NCBI GenBank assembly: GCA_963802945.1
Contig: CAWDKY010000015.1
Location: 224,001-288,000 of the forward strand
Source: an uncultured delta proteobacterium
GTDB taxonomy: Bacteria; Desulfobacterota; RBG-13-43-22
Reading direction: 5' to 3'
Length of the DNA: 64,000 nt
Below are positions 1 to 11,335 of the stretch, piece after piece (the first letter of the stretch is position 1; every line of letters begins with the position of its first letter). The position numbers were made by a program, and so were the translations under genes. Below the pieces are notes generated by a model. That model ran no database searches, was not told where the DNA came from, and saw nothing but the letters and a program-made list of their open reading frames with translations.

Positions 1-1
1 G

Positions 2-1219
2 GACGTTTTCGTTTAAGACCCGGGCCAGTTCATCCTCATAGGAATCATCCTCCCGGCGAACCATTTCTTTAAGCTTCATTTCCTCGGGAAAAGGAGAAAC
101 ATAGAGAAGTTCCACCTGGCGAAATCCGAGAGATTCCCAGAGATAGCGGGCCGCCTCGGGATGGATCGGATTTTTATGGGAAAGGTCCAAATAGAAGGCC
201 CCGCTGAAGATGGTCAGACACTGGGGATTAATCGTCTCAGCCAAAAGGAGTCCTCCGGGACGCAGCTTGGCAAAACCGACCCTGACCAATTCCCGGAGCG
301 TTTCAGGATCCAGGTGTTCAATAACCTGGGACAAAAATATCCCGCCTAAACTTTGATCCGACAAACCCTTTAAATAGACCAGTCCGTCATTATGAACTGC
401 CTCCAGACCTTTGGCCCGGCATTGGCGGACCATTTCCTGATTGGTATCCACTCCTGAGGCCGGGATTCGGGCCTCTTTTAAGAGTTCTAAAAACTCCCCC
501 CGGCCGCAGCCGATATCCAGAACAGGCCCTTTTTCTTGGAAATAGGGCAGATAATTCTTCTGCTTCCATTTGACGGCTTCTTCGCTGCCCCGATGCAGGT
601 CTTCAAAACGCACATATTCCGGCTCTCTGACTCTTGATTTCAAATCATCCACTCGGCTGTCTATTCCAACCGATGGGTTTTTCATTTCTTTAATTCTTGA
701 CAATACATCTTCAAATACATTTTTTTGGGCTTTAAGTTCCTGAGGGATGGCTTCTAAGGATTGGGTTGTCTGTTCCCCCTTTTTTTCCAAAAGGGCCAGT
801 TGTTTTTCCAGGGCGGACCAGTGAAAACGAAAATCCAAAACCATTTGATTTAACAGACGCACCAGTTCCACATTAAATTCCACCTGGCGTTTGAGCACCA
901 CCTGAATATAAGGTTCGGTAAGTTTGCGGATCACCTTTTTGAATCCGGTGATCAGGGGCCCCAGGGCCTTACGATGCGAGGAGAGTTCCGGAGGTTTTCG
1001 GGTGTCGCACAGATAATTAATCTGTGATAAACGATATTGAATATCCCCTTCCTGAAAATCCGAATCTTCAGATTGGATCTGTAGGGTCATTCGGTCAATT
1101 TTTTCCAAATCCTCAGGAGAATATCTGCCGCTTTGCTTTTTCTCTTCAATCCGATGTAGGACGCTCTCCATGATACGGTCAACGTCCACTTTTTCTTTTT
1201 GTTGGTTGTTGTTTTCCAT
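2..1219 (-). CDS. Class I SAM-dependent methyltransferase with N-terminal helical/coiled-coil region (runs off the left edge); likely glycan-capping enzyme
   Basis: Not in the ORF track. ATG at 1219 (MENNNQQKEKVDVDRIMES), same frame as the SAM motif VLDIGCGRGEFL at ~490-523; lies directly downstream of wzt. Confidence 0.85.
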   Translation of the reverse strand, partial: MENNNQQKEKVDVDRIMESVLHRIEEKKQSGRYSPEDLEKIDRMTLQIQSEDSDFQEGDIQYRLSQINYLCDTRKPPELSSHRKALGPLITGFKKVIRKLTEPYIQVVLKRQVEFNVELVRLLNQMVLDFRFHWSALEKQLALLEKKGEQTTQSLEAIPQELKAQKNVFEDVLSRIKEMKNPSVGIDSRVDDLKSRVREPEYVRFEDLHRGSEEAVKWKQKNYLPYFQEKGPVLDIGCGRGEFLELLKEARIPASGVDTNQEMVRQCRAKGLEAVHNDGLVYLKGLSDQSLGGIFLSQVIEHLDPETLRELVRVGFAKLRPGGLLLAETINPQCLTIFSGAFYLDLSHKNPIHPEAARYLWESLGFRQVELLYVSPFPEEMKLKEMVRREDDSYEDELARVLNENV

Positions 1220-1362
1220 TTAAATTCCTTCACCCGATATCTTGAGGAGTTAATTCTACTTTAATCCCTCTTACGTGTTGCGAGTTGTTGCTAAAAAGGG
1301 TTTGATTTCCCAGCCCGTATCCCGTAACTCGAAATGATATTTTTTATCTATTTTGTTGTGCC

Positions 1363-2606
1363 CTATTCCACAATCCAGCGATGGGGGATTCGATAAATCC
1401 CGGCATCTTTTTTGGCTGAACGGACGGAAAAGGAGATACAGCCGCTTTGATAATCGTAATTATGTCCGTCCCGGGCATGAACCGCCACATCCAACAAATA
1501 GTTACCTTCTATCAAATGGACCTGCTCGAGCTTAATCCCGATTCGGCCAGTTTTTTGAAGGGGCGGAAGCACCATTTCATCCAGATCGGTGTTGGTCCCA
1601 TAGCAGCAGGCCCCTTTGTCATCAACAACGGCTATACCGAAAACGACATCCGGGGTGGGGCGATGAACCTGAAAATGCATTTCTATGAGTATGTCTTCTC
1701 CGTCCTGAAAAACGTGTCTATCCCGGCCTTGGCTGTCCAATATCCGGAGTCCGGGTAATTTCGATGTCCCCATTCCCCCACCGATCTCTGGAAACATATC
1801 TTTCCGCCTCGCTTAAGGACGCCTGGGCTTGTTCTTCCTTATAACGTTCATCATCCCTTCGGGCCACTTCCTGCCGGTAGGCGTCTATCACCTGACGAGG
1901 GTCTCCCTGGGCCCGGATACATCCCGAGTCCAGCCACAAGGCCTGATCGCAAAACCGTTCCACGGTCGGCAGGTCATGGGTCACCAGGACAATGGTCTTC
2001 CCGGCTTTCTTGAAGGCCGTCATCCGGTCAATACATTTTCGGGAAAAGGATTCATCCCCCACGGCCAGGACTTCATCCACCAGCAAAATATCCGGGTCCA
2101 CATTGACGGCCACGGAAAACCCTAAACGCACATACATACCCGAGGAATAGGTCCGGACCGGAACATCAATAAAGGATTCCAATTCGGCAAAACGAACGAT
2201 CCGGTCAAACCGTTTTTCAATTTCTTTGCGGCTTAATCCCAGAATGGTCCCGTTAATAAAAACATTTTCCCGGCCGGTGAATTCCGGATGAAATCCCGCT
2301 CCCAATTCAATCAGGGAGGAGACCCGCCCGTTCATCCGAACCGTCCCGGAATCCGGTTTATAAATTCCGGTCATAATCTTGAGAAGCGTGCTTTTTCCGG
2401 ACCCGTTCCGCCCGATGACCCCCAGGCTGATTCCCTGGGGAATTTCCAGATCCAGATTTTGAAAAACAACCCTGGTTTCTTCTTTGGCTTCTGCCTTTTC
2501 CGGAAAAGGGATTCAGGAGCAGGGATTTCAAAGTAATATAATCCCGCCGCAGATTGGTTTGTTTAAATCCTTTGGAAATCCCTTTTAAGACAACGGCTGG
2601 GGGCAT
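1363..2606 (-). CDS. wzt: Polysaccharide ABC transporter ATPase with C-terminal Wzt_C-type domain, split by two +1 frameshifts
   Basis: Walker A GRNGSGKST, YSSGM signature and LLVDE spread across three frames; shifts near 2505 and 1754. Confidence 0.85.
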
Positions 2607-2613
2607 AGATGGA

Positions 2614-3402
2614 TTATACCTTCTCGGCAAAGGTTTCTTTATACCGTTCAAAAAAGAACATGCCGATCCCTAATAGAATGAGTGACAGGACCAGAAAGGC
2701 CAGGAGAATTCGCAGGTCCGGGTTTCGGTTATAAAAAAAAATGTCCTGGTAGGACAATGTGATTTGGGTCATGGGAACGAGCTTCACCCATTTATTAAAA
2801 GGGGCCGGTACCTGGGAAAGGGGATAGAGAATGGGGGTTAAAAAAAACAAAAGGGTTAAAAAATTAGCCAGGATATGTTGGACATCCCTGAAAAAGACAT
2901 TGATAGTAGCCAGTATCAAAACCAATCCTTCGATAAACAACAAATGGAGAAAAAGGATCAACGGCAGCCAGAGCAGGGGCCACCCTTGATAGACCCCCAT
3001 GACCCATAGGAATGCGAAGAGAATCGGCAGACTCAATAAATAGTTTAACAAGTTGGCCAAAATCTTAACGACCGGCAGGACCTGACTGGGAAAGAGGACC
3101 TTGGTAACCAGGCTGCCGCCGGCGGTAATCGAGCTGGTCCCCTCCAGCAAAGAAGAGGAAAACCAGATCCAGGGGAGTAACCCGACAAACATGAATCCGG
3201 CATAATGTTCTATCCGAATTCTAAGGTAAAAATTAAACACCAGGGCATAGACCGCTAACAGTAAAAGTGGATTCAGGAAAGTCCACAAGAAGCCTAAAAA
3301 AGAACCTCGATAGCGGGCCTTGAGTTCTCGGACCACGAGACTGTTCACCAGACTCCGGTAACGGATCAATTCCTGGATATGTTGTCGGATCAATGAGAAC
3401 AT
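2614..3402 (-). CDS. wzm: Polysaccharide ABC transporter permease
   Basis: RELKARYRGSFLGFLW and FFLTPILY motifs; likely start MFSLIRQ at 3402 (the upstream ORF extension reads through a repeat). Confidence 0.9.
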   Translation of the reverse strand: MFSLIRQHIQELIRYRSLVNSLVVRELKARYRGSFLGFLWTFLNPLLLLAVYALVFNFYLRIRIEHYAGFMFVGLLPWIWFSSSLLEGTSSITAGGSLVTKVLFPSQVLPVVKILANLLNYLLSLPILFAFLWVMGVYQGWPLLWLPLILFLHLLFIEGLVLILATINVFFRDVQHILANFLTLLFFLTPILYPLSQVPAPFNKWVKLVPMTQITLSYQDIFFYNRNPDLRILLAFLVLSLILLGIGMFFFERYKETFAEKV

Positions 3403-3412
3403 TCTTAATCTA

Positions 3413-3536
3413 AGAAGCCAGGAGTCAGAATTCAGAAGCCAGAATAAAAAAACACCGACAGGGTTGAATGATTGGAGCACTTGGAAGCCATTTTCTATCC
3501 TCTATTCTGGATTCTGACTTCTGTCTGCTGGCTTCT
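3413..3536. repeat. Degenerate heptamer arrays arranged as inverted arms
   Basis: AGAAGCC AGGAGTC AGAATTC AGAAGCC AGAAT ... ATTCTGG ATTCTGA CTTCTGT CTGCTGG CTTCT. Confidence 0.75.
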
Positions 3537-3539
3537 GTT

Positions 3540-4937
3540 TCAATAGGCTTCTTTGCTGAATACCCCCTTCCAAAGGGTCTTGATCAAAATCTTGGAGTCC
3601 AAGGGGAGAGACCAGTTTTCAATATAATACAGGTCGAATTCGACCCGTTTTTCCAAGGAGGTGTTGCCCCGCCAGCCGTGAATCTGGGCCCAGCCGGTCA
3701 TGCCAGCTTTCATCTTATGGCGCAACATATATTTGGGGATCTTGTCTTTGAAACTTTGGATCAGCTCCGGACGCTCCGGTCTCGGTCCGACCAGACTCAT
3801 CTCTCCTCTTAAAACGTTAATAAGCTGCGGCAGTTCATCCAAGCTGAATTTTCTTATTATGCGACCCACAAGAGTCCGCCTGGGATCTTCCTTCTGGGCC
3901 CAAATCGGTCCGCTTTCCTTTTCCGCTCCAACTACCATGGAACGGAATTTCAACATTTCAAAAATGCGACCGTCCAGACCCATCCTTGTCTGACGATAGA
4001 ATACCGGGCCTGGAGAGGTGGCCTTGACGGCCAAGGCAATCAACAACAGCAAGGGAGAAAACAAAATCAGAACCAGACCGGCCAGGAGAATATCGAAAGA
4101 CCTTTTCAGGATTCGATTCCAGCCGACCATGGGGGATTCCCTTAAATTAATAAAGGGCAGACCTTCAAATTCTTCCACTCCGCCCCGCAGGCTGATAAAC
4201 CGATATAAATCAGGAACGATTTTGATATCTACCAGTTCGTTGCGAATCCGGTTCAGAAGTTCTTCCAGATTCTGATGGGCGGTTAAGGACAAGGCAAAGA
4301 TGACCAGATTAATTCCCTGGTTTTGGATCACCTGATCAATTTCTTCATACAATCCCAGCACCTCGATCCCCTGGATATATGTCCCTACCTTTTGAGACAC
4401 CCGAGTTAAAAAACCATTGATTGTAAGGCCTAATTCAGGATGCTTCCTGATGGTTTCGGCTACATCTTGGGCCAATTTCCGGGTTCCAACAATCAAGACC
4501 CTTTCCGAACGGAGATGTTTTTTTTGCAGATCGAGGTAATAGCCTTTTAAAAACATCCGGCTCAAAGATAAGAACAGAAGACTCAGGAGACTAAAATAGA
4601 GAAAGACCAAGCGGGAAAATTCGGTTCTTTGAAAGAAAAAGGTAATAAAAACCAGGACCATCAAGGCGATGAAATTGGCTCTAAACAGGGCCATGACTTC
4701 CTGAGTTCGATTAAAAAAATATCTGTAAACCCCGGTGAGATGAAGGGTTACTATCCAGATGATGAGGGTAAAAAAAAGCAGGATCAAATAATCTCTAAGC
4801 AAAGGGATGCCTTTGGTCACCGGGATAAAGGGGGTATAAAATCGAATATAAAAAGCTGAAATCCAACAAACCGTGAGGATAAAGAGATCGTTAAAAAGAA
4901 ATAAGGATTGAAATAACTGCATTCTTTTTTTAAACAT
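3540..4937 (-). CDS. Undecaprenyl-phosphate glucose phosphotransferase (WcaJ family)
   Basis: TM N-terminus; KFRSM, DELPQLINVLRGEMSLVGPRPE and GMTGWAQIHG motifs. Confidence 0.9.
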   Translation of the reverse strand: MFKKRMQLFQSLFLFNDLFILTVCWISAFYIRFYTPFIPVTKGIPLLRDYLILLFFTLIIWIVTLHLTGVYRYFFNRTQEVMALFRANFIALMVLVFITFFFQRTEFSRLVFLYFSLLSLLFLSLSRMFLKGYYLDLQKKHLRSERVLIVGTRKLAQDVAETIRKHPELGLTINGFLTRVSQKVGTYIQGIEVLGLYEEIDQVIQNQGINLVIFALSLTAHQNLEELLNRIRNELVDIKIVPDLYRFISLRGGVEEFEGLPFINLRESPMVGWNRILKRSFDILLAGLVLILFSPLLLLIALAVKATSPGPVFYRQTRMGLDGRIFEMLKFRSMVVGAEKESGPIWAQKEDPRRTLVGRIIRKFSLDELPQLINVLRGEMSLVGPRPERPELIQSFKDKIPKYMLRHKMKAGMTGWAQIHGWRGNTSLEKRVEFDLYYIENWSLPLDSKILIKTLWKGVFSKEAY

Positions 4938-5003
4938 GTTTTAACGGCCTCTTCATGGCTTAAGGGAGAAGGGAAGATCTGGCAGGAGAAAAAGAAAGGG
5001 CAT

Positions 5004-5366
5004 TCAGTCCCCGCGGGCCTTTTCCATAGCTTCTTCTTTTTTCTTGCAGTCGATACATTGGGTTGTGACCGGTCTGGCTTTTAAACGCTGCTCGGAAATA
5101 TCCTCACCGCATTTTTCGCAGATCCCAAAACTTCCATCCTCAATACGCTCCAGGGCTTCCTCAATCTTTAATATGAGCTTCCGTTCCCGCCCCCTTATCC
5201 TGAGGAGAAAGTTGCGATCCGATTCCAAAGTGGCCCGGTCGGTCGGGTCGGGAAAATTTTCTTTGGTGTCAGTCATTCCGCTAACTGTTTTTTGAGCTTC
5301 CTGAATCAAGACCTTCCTTTGTTCCTGCAGGAGTTTTTTGAAAAAAGCAGTTTTTTTGGCGTTCAT
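5004..5366 (-). CDS. dksA: RNA polymerase-binding protein DksA
   Basis: PDPTDRATLE coiled-coil tip; CEKC...CIDC zinc finger. Confidence 0.93.
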   Translation of the reverse strand: MNAKKTAFFKKLLQEQRKVLIQEAQKTVSGMTDTKENFPDPTDRATLESDRNFLLRIRGRERKLILKIEEALERIEDGSFGICEKCGEDISEQRLKARPVTTQCIDCKKKEEAMEKARGD

Positions 5367-5376
5367 TATTCTTCTC

Positions 5377-5949
5377 CTATCCCTTTACCCGATGATTGGC
5401 TTGAGAAAATTCTCTCCTTAGGTAAAGTCCGCTCTTCCCTCCTGATTTTCTAATCAAACCGAGCTCTGTAATCTGAATCCCTCGATCAATGGCCTTACAC
5501 ATATCATAAATCGTCAGGGCTGCTACGGCCACGGCTGTCAAGGCCTCCATTTCTACCCCGGTTCTGTCGCTGGCCTGAACTTTAGCCAGTATAACGACCC
5601 GGGGTGGATTTTTTGCCAGCGTAAAGGAGATTTCCACTCCGGTAATCTGAAGCGGATGACACATAGGAATAAGATCGTGGGTCTTCTTGGCGGCCATAAT
5701 GGCCGAAACCTTAGCCACACTCAGCACATCCCCTTTTCGAAGGGAATTATTTTCAATCTTTTTTAAGGTTTCAGCTTTAATCCGGACGGTCCCCGAAGCT
5801 ATGGCCTCCCGTCGGGTTATCTTCTTGGCACTGACATTCACCATCCGGGCCCGGCCTTTAGGATCTACATGACTCCAATCCTTTAAGTCAGGGAGAGGAT
5901 TCCGATTCTCAAGCTTGTCAGGGGAGAGCTTTCCCGCCTTTTTTTCCAC
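5377..5949 (-). CDS. moaC: Cyclic pyranopterin monophosphate synthase
   Basis: [22 protein letters not shown] and KSGGKSG motifs; exact start uncertain. Confidence 0.92.
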   Translation of the reverse strand: MEKKAGKLSPDKLENRNPLPDLKDWSHVDPKGRARMVNVSAKKITRREAIASGTVRIKAETLKKIENNSLRKGDVLSVAKVSAIMAAKKTHDLIPMCHPLQITGVEISFTLAKNPPRVVILAKVQASDRTGVEMEALTAVAVAALTIYDMCKAIDRGIQITELGLIRKSGGKSGLYLRREFSQANHRVKG

Positions 5950-6175
5950 TATCCTTTCCTATCTCTCTTCTTCCAATACTTAACTCTTTCTCGAAAGGAA
6001 AATCCACTTTCCCGGCAGCAATTTCCCTGAGGGCCACAACCACTTCTTTATTTTTTGACTGGATTCCAGGAGAATCCCCCGATCGTAATTGTTTAACCCT
6101 TTGAAATGCAAGATGAATCAGCGAAAACCGATTGGGAACTTGCTCAAGGCAATCTTCAATGGTAACTCTGGCCAC
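5918..6175 (-). CDS. rpoZ: RNA polymerase omega subunit
   Basis: [15 protein letters not shown]; [10 protein letters not shown]. Confidence 0.93.
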   Translation of the reverse strand: MARVTIEDCLEQVPNRFSLIHLAFQRVKQLRSGDSPGIQSKNKEVVVALREIAAGKVDFPFEKELSIGRREIGKDSGKKGGKALP

Positions 6176-6217
6176 GATAGCTCCTTCCTGAAAGTATCTT
6201 TCTGGATTAAATTACTA

Positions 6218-6246
6218 TTTATAATTCATTTCCTCCTAAATGTAAA
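6218..6246 (-). promoter_or_regulatory. sigma70-like promoter for rpoZ-moaC-dksA
   Basis: TTTACA-17 bp-TATAAA on the minus strand. Confidence 0.55.
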
Positions 6247-6359
6247 CGCTTTTCTTTAAAACATAACTGTTTTATTGGAAGAACTTCCTTGGCAAAGATT
6301 TCTTCTTTTTTTCTATAAATTATGTTAAAAAAACTAATGCTACGGATTGACCAAAGCCG

Positions 6360-7889
6360 ATGATTGCCAAAATTTTCAGCAGTGCCATTGCCGGGATTGA
6401 TGCTTATATCGTTCAGGTTGAGGTCGATATTGCCAGAGGATTACCGTCCTTTTCCACGGTTGGATTGCCGGAAGGCGCTGTTCGGGAAAGTAAGGACCGG
6501 GTCAAATCGGCCATTAAAAATTCTGGCTTTGAATTTCCCAGCCACCGGATTACCGTCAATCTGGCTCCGGCCGATATCAAAAAAGAAGGGTCGGCTTTTG
6601 ACCTTCCTATAGCCATAGGTATTCTTGCGGCCACAGAATTACTTTCTTCCTCCATCGTGTCGTCGTACTTGATCTTAGGAGAACTTTCCCTGAATGGAGA
6701 AATCAAACCGATTCGGGGGACATTACCGACGGCTTTATCCGTTAAAGATAACGGTTTTCGCGGATTGATTGTTCCAGAGGCCAATGCTTTGGAAGCCTCG
6801 GTCGTAGAAGGCATTGAGATCATTCCGGCCCAGACCTTAGGGCAGGTGGCTGAATTTCTAAAAGGCATTCCATCTATCGGCCCCTTGCATCGGGATCAAA
6901 GCCGGCCTTTTTCTTTTCTTCAGGATTATCCTTTTGATTTTAATGAGGTGAAAGGGCAGGAGCATGTCAAACGAGCCTTGGAAATTGCAGCTGCCGGAGG
7001 CCATAACATTATTATGGTTGGCCCTCCCGGTTCAGGAAAAACCATGCTGGCCCAAAGGCTTCCTTCTATCTTACCTGATCTGACATTTGAAGAGGCCCTG
7101 GAAACCTCAAAAATTTACAGCGTAATAGGCCTGATGCCGGAAGATCAGGCCCTGATCACCTCCAGGCCTTTCAGGTCTCCTCATCATACGGTCTCCGATG
7201 CCGGCTTGATCGGAGGCGGTCAAATACCCCGACCTGGTGAAGTCAGCCTGGCACATAACGGGGTGCTCTTTTTAGACGAATTACCTGAATTCAAAAAAAA
7301 CGTCCTGGAAGTCCTTCGGCAGCCCCTTGAGGACGGTCGGGTGACCATTTCCCGGGCGATCACCTCGCTGACCTATCCAGCTCGTTTTATGCTGGTGGCG
7401 GCCATGAATCCCTGCCCTTGCGGATTTCTCTCCGATCCCCTGCGGGAATGTCATTGCACCTATCCACAAATCCGACGCTATAAATCAAAAATATCCGGGC
7501 CCCTGTTGGATCGTATTGATCTCCATGTAGAGGTTCCCTCGGTTAAGTTCAAAGAATTGGCCGGTCAATCTGATGGAGAACCATCGGAAACCATCCGGAA
7601 TCGTGTCAAGGCCGCCAGAGAAAGGCAAAAAAGCCGTTTTTCAAATAAAAGCCTATTTTGCAACGCCCAGATGGGACCGAGATTGATAAAAAAGTATTGT
7701 GCCCTTTCTCCTGATTCCCAAAGTCTTCTGGAACAGGCCATGGAATATCTGGGATTGAGTGCCCGGGCCTATCATCGCATCTTAAAAATCTCCCGGACCA
7801 TTGCCGATTTGGAAAATGAGGAAAACATAAGTCCAAATCATGTCTCAGAAGCCATCCAATACCGGAATTTAGACCGCCGACTCCTTTAG
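6360..7889 (+). CDS. comM: YifB/ComM Mg-chelatase-like AAA ATPase
   Basis: [45 protein letters not shown] and AMNPCPCG motifs. Confidence 0.92.
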   Translation: MIAKIFSSAIAGIDAYIVQVEVDIARGLPSFSTVGLPEGAVRESKDRVKSAIKNSGFEFPSHRITVNLAPADIKKEGSAFDLPIAIGILAATELLSSSIVSSYLILGELSLNGEIKPIRGTLPTALSVKDNGFRGLIVPEANALEASVVEGIEIIPAQTLGQVAEFLKGIPSIGPLHRDQSRPFSFLQDYPFDFNEVKGQEHVKRALEIAAAGGHNIIMVGPPGSGKTMLAQRLPSILPDLTFEEALETSKIYSVIGLMPEDQALITSRPFRSPHHTVSDAGLIGGGQIPRPGEVSLAHNGVLFLDELPEFKKNVLEVLRQPLEDGRVTISRAITSLTYPARFMLVAAMNPCPCGFLSDPLRECHCTYPQIRRYKSKISGPLLDRIDLHVEVPSVKFKELAGQSDGEPSETIRNRVKAARERQKSRFSNKSLFCNAQMGPRLIKKYCALSPDSQSLLEQAMEYLGLSARAYHRILKISRTIADLENEENISPNHVSEAIQYRNLDRRLL

Positions 7890-7892
7890 AAA

Positions 7893-10199
7893 ATGCCTTC
7901 ACCTTCCTCTAACTCCCATATTCATTCCAAGCCCAAAAAACGCTGGAACCTATTAAGTAAGTTCATTCTATTTCTATTGGCCTTTATTTTTATCACCTCC
8001 TGCCTGGCAGGTGTTTTTTACCTGATCCTGCTGTTCCAGTTGCCGAACATAAAAACTTTGGACGATTACAACCCTCCTCTGACCACCCGGATTCTATCAA
8101 CCGATGGGACTATTATCGGTTACCTTTTCAAAGAAAAAAGAATCCTGGTCTCTCTTTCCGACTTGCCTCCTCATTTGATTCAGGCCTTTGTCGCTTCAGA
8201 AGATGCCCGTTTTTTTAAGCATGGAGGGTTAGATTTTTTGAGCATTATACGTGCCCTGTGGAAAAATATCTGGGCCGGTGAGATCGTTCAGGGCGGAAGC
8301 ACTATTACGCAACAGGTTACCAGATCTCTCCTGCTTTCTCCTCAAAAAAACCTTTCTAGGAAAATCAAGGAGGCCGTCCTGGCCTATCGCTTAGATCGAA
8401 ATCTGTCCAAGGAGGATATCCTTTATATTTATCTAAACCAGATCTATTTGGGTCATGGGGCTTATGGGGTGGAAGCAGCGGCCCAGACCTATTTCGGGAA
8501 AAAAGCCCGGGATCTCACCTTATCCGAAAGTGCCCTCCTGGCCGGTCTTCCACAAGCCCCCAGCCGGTATTCTCCTTTGCTTCATCCCCAAAGGGCCAAG
8601 GAAAGACAGCTATATGTTCTCAAGAGGATGGCCGAGGAGGGCTTTATTTCCGAAAGCGAATCCCAAGCCGTTGCCGAAACCCCTGTGTTCTATGCCAATG
8701 CCCAAGATCCTACTTTGACCATAGCCCCCCATTTTACAGATCTGGTTCGAAAATATTTATTTCAGACCTGGGGTTCGGAATTTGTATTGAAAGCCGGTCT
8801 GGTGGTCCAAACCACCTTGGACCTCTCCTTCCAGAAGGCAGCCCAGGAAGCCGTACTCAATGGGACACAGGCTATCCAGAGTCGCCATATTTACACCAAA
8901 GCCATCAAAAGTGTCCCCCTGGATAAAATAGACGAATATTGTCCTAAACTGGACCAGCCCATCCCTAAAGAAAACAGGAAGCGACCTGGATTTATCGACG
9001 GAGTAGTAGTTAAAATAGATCTATTCGCCCAGACCGCCAAAGTCTGTCTGGGCCAGGAATGGACGGTCTTACCCCTGCCCCAGACAAAGGCCTCATCCTC
9101 CCAGGTCAAGGGCCAAGGGGATGATGAAGGGCCGGTTAAAAAAGAAACCCCTCCTCCGGCACCTGCACTGAAGGTCGGAGACGTCGTTCGTCTGCGCTGG
9201 GATCCGGTCCGTTATTCTTTGACGATGTTGGATCAGAATCAAGTGGAGGGCGCCCTCCTTTGTATCGAAACCCGGACCGGGTCAGTCAAGGCCCTGGTCG
9301 GGGGTAAAAATTATGAACAGACGGAATTTAATCGAGCGGTACAATCCAGACGTCAGCCGGGTTCTTCTTTTAAACCCATTATTTATGCCGCTGCCCTTGA
9401 AAAAGGTCTTACCCCGGCTACGGTCATCATGGACAGTCCGATCTATTTTAGAGGGCCGCCTGCTTGGGTCCCGCATAATTTCGATCACAAGTTTCTTGGT
9501 CCAACGACCTTAAGGACAGGCTTAATTCAGTCCCGGAATATTATTTCTATCAAAATCCTCCAGCGAATCGGGATTTCCTATGCGATTCAATTCGCCCAAC
9601 GGTTAGGGATTTCCTCTCCTTTATACCCCAATCTTTCTCTGGCCCTGGGTACTTCCGGGGTTTCCCTTTGGGAGATGGTTACGGCTTATAATTGTTTTCC
9701 CAACTTAGGGCAACGAGTGCCCCCTTATTTTATTCAACAAATATCCGATCGCCATGGACGTTCTATCTATGTTTATCCCCCCAAGGCAGAACAGGTCATG
9801 AAAACCCCTACCGCCTATACCATGAACCAGCTTCTTGAAGCCGTCGTTAAAGAAGGAACCGGCTGGAGATTAAAGGCCCTTGGAAAACCAGTGGCCGGCA
9901 AGACCGGAACCACCAACGACTTCCGTGATGCCTGGTTTATCGGATTCACCCCCCAATATACGGCCGGTGTCTGGGTAGGCCTTGATGATTTTACTCCTTT
10001 AGGACCTGGGGAAACCGGGGCCCAAGCGGCCAGTCCTATTGTTTTGGAATTTTTTCAGAAAGCCCTTGCCCAAATACCGGCTCAAGAATTTCCAGTTCTA
10101 AAAATCCAAGAAAAAGATTCAGGGGCATTTCAGGACGTGTCGGAGGAACATAAAGGAGTTCGAGAAGGGCCTTTCCTTAAGGAGGAAGAGAAAAATTAA
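7893..10199 (+). CDS. mrcA: Penicillin-binding protein 1A (transglycosylase/transpeptidase)
   Basis: EDARFFKH, QGGSTITQQ, QPGSSFKP (SxxK), SRN and KTGT motifs. Confidence 0.9.
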   Translation: MPSPSSNSHIHSKPKKRWNLLSKFILFLLAFIFITSCLAGVFYLILLFQLPNIKTLDDYNPPLTTRILSTDGTIIGYLFKEKRILVSLSDLPPHLIQAFVASEDARFFKHGGLDFLSIIRALWKNIWAGEIVQGGSTITQQVTRSLLLSPQKNLSRKIKEAVLAYRLDRNLSKEDILYIYLNQIYLGHGAYGVEAAAQTYFGKKARDLTLSESALLAGLPQAPSRYSPLLHPQRAKERQLYVLKRMAEEGFISESESQAVAETPVFYANAQDPTLTIAPHFTDLVRKYLFQTWGSEFVLKAGLVVQTTLDLSFQKAAQEAVLNGTQAIQSRHIYTKAIKSVPLDKIDEYCPKLDQPIPKENRKRPGFIDGVVVKIDLFAQTAKVCLGQEWTVLPLPQTKASSSQVKGQGDDEGPVKKETPPPAPALKVGDVVRLRWDPVRYSLTMLDQNQVEGALLCIETRTGSVKALVGGKNYEQTEFNRAVQSRRQPGSSFKPIIYAAALEKGLTPATVIMDSPIYFRGPPAWVPHNFDHKFLGPTTLRTGLIQSRNIISIKILQRIGISYAIQFAQRLGISSPLYPNLSLALGTSGVSLWEMVTAYNCFPNLGQRVPPYFIQQISDRHGRSIYVYPPKAEQVMKTPTAYTMNQLLEAVVKEGTGWRLKALGKPVAGKTGTTNDFRDAWFIGFTPQYTAGVWVGLDDFTPLGPGETGAQAASPIVLEFFQKALAQIPAQEFPVLKIQEKDSGAFQDVSEEHKGVREGPFLKEEEKN

Positions 10200-10240
10200 A
10201 AACCCCTTTCCCTCTGCTCCAGAGGTCAAAGAGCTCTTAT

Positions 10241-10382
10241 GAGTGCCTTGAAAAATGTTCAATTTTGTTCAAGGTCAAGGAAGACGAAGATTTTAACCAG
10301 AGGAATACATTTAGTATTTTGAGGATTAAAATTTGAGTCTGACACAGAGATTGGGCAAAAGGGGACGTTTTTCAAAGCTCTC
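10241..10382. mobile_element. MITE-like element (~142 bp)
   Basis: Imperfect terminal IR GAGTGCCTTGAAAAATGT / ACGTTTTTCAAAGCTCTC, no ORF, between convergent genes. Confidence 0.65.
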
Positions 10383-10407
10383 ATTCGACGAGTAGGGTTA
10401 GGAAAGG

Positions 10408-11076
10408 TTAAACGTCTTTAAGCGAATCTTTGACCATGTAAAGGAGAATGAAGTTCTTGTCCAACTCTTGAGTTAAAGATTTTATTCTGTCTTCAGGAAG
10501 TTCTTTGATTCGGATATACACATTACGGCAATTTTCCTCACCTTTATCATAGGAGGTCAGGATACTAACCATTTGGCCGCCATGTTCTCTTATCATGTCG
10601 GCCACCTCTTTTATGGAGCCGGGTCGATCTTCCAAGTTAAAGGCTAACTGGATTCCTCCTCGGTAAATGCCGGACAGGGAGACCAAGACCTTAGAGATAT
10701 CTCTCTGGGTGATGATCCCGACCACACTTCCTGAATCGTCAACTACCGGCAATCCAGATATTCGATACTTCAGCATCTTGACGGTCGCCTTTTCCACCGT
10801 TTCTTCCGGGCCTATAGTAATAATCTCTTTTTTAATAATATCTTTGATTTTTAATTCCGAAAGCAAATAATATAATTCGTGAATATCTAAGGTGGTGGCT
10901 TTGGAAGGAGAGGCGTCCTTAATGTCCCGATCTGTCACTATTCCAATCAATTTCCCCTGGCGCATGACCGGAAGACGTCGGATACTGTTTTCTTTCATAA
11001 TCTGAAAAGCTTTCATCATAGAAGTATCTTCCTCTATGGTCATGACATCGCTGGTCATCCATTCTTTAACTAACAT
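10408..11076 (-). CDS. CBS-pair + ACT domain protein (AcuB-like)
   Basis: MLVKEWMT, IRRLPV, GIVTDRD and EDRPG (ACT) motifs. Confidence 0.85.
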   Translation of the reverse strand: MLVKEWMTSDVMTIEEDTSMMKAFQIMKENSIRRLPVMRQGKLIGIVTDRDIKDASPSKATTLDIHELYYLLSELKIKDIIKKEIITIGPEETVEKATVKMLKYRISGLPVVDDSGSVVGIITQRDISKVLVSLSGIYRGGIQLAFNLEDRPGSIKEVADMIREHGGQMVSILTSYDKGEENCRNVYIRIKELPEDRIKSLTQELDKNFILLYMVKDSLKDV

Positions 11077-11335
11077 GGGTTTGTCCTCCGTTGTTTGGAA
11101 TTAGAAACCCCGATATCCCCGCTTCAGATTAGAAAATTTGAAAATCTATTTCTCTTAATATGTTATAATAATTGCAAACCTTGTCAAGTTTTTATTGGAT
11201 TAAGGATGGTCCTATTTCAATCAGTTTCCGGACAGTCTCCTTCCCCTTATCCATGATTAAAAAATTTAAGATTGAAGACCTTGTACTGGGTATCTTCCTG
11301 AATTTTTTTTATGAGGAAACTATAGAGAAGAAAGG

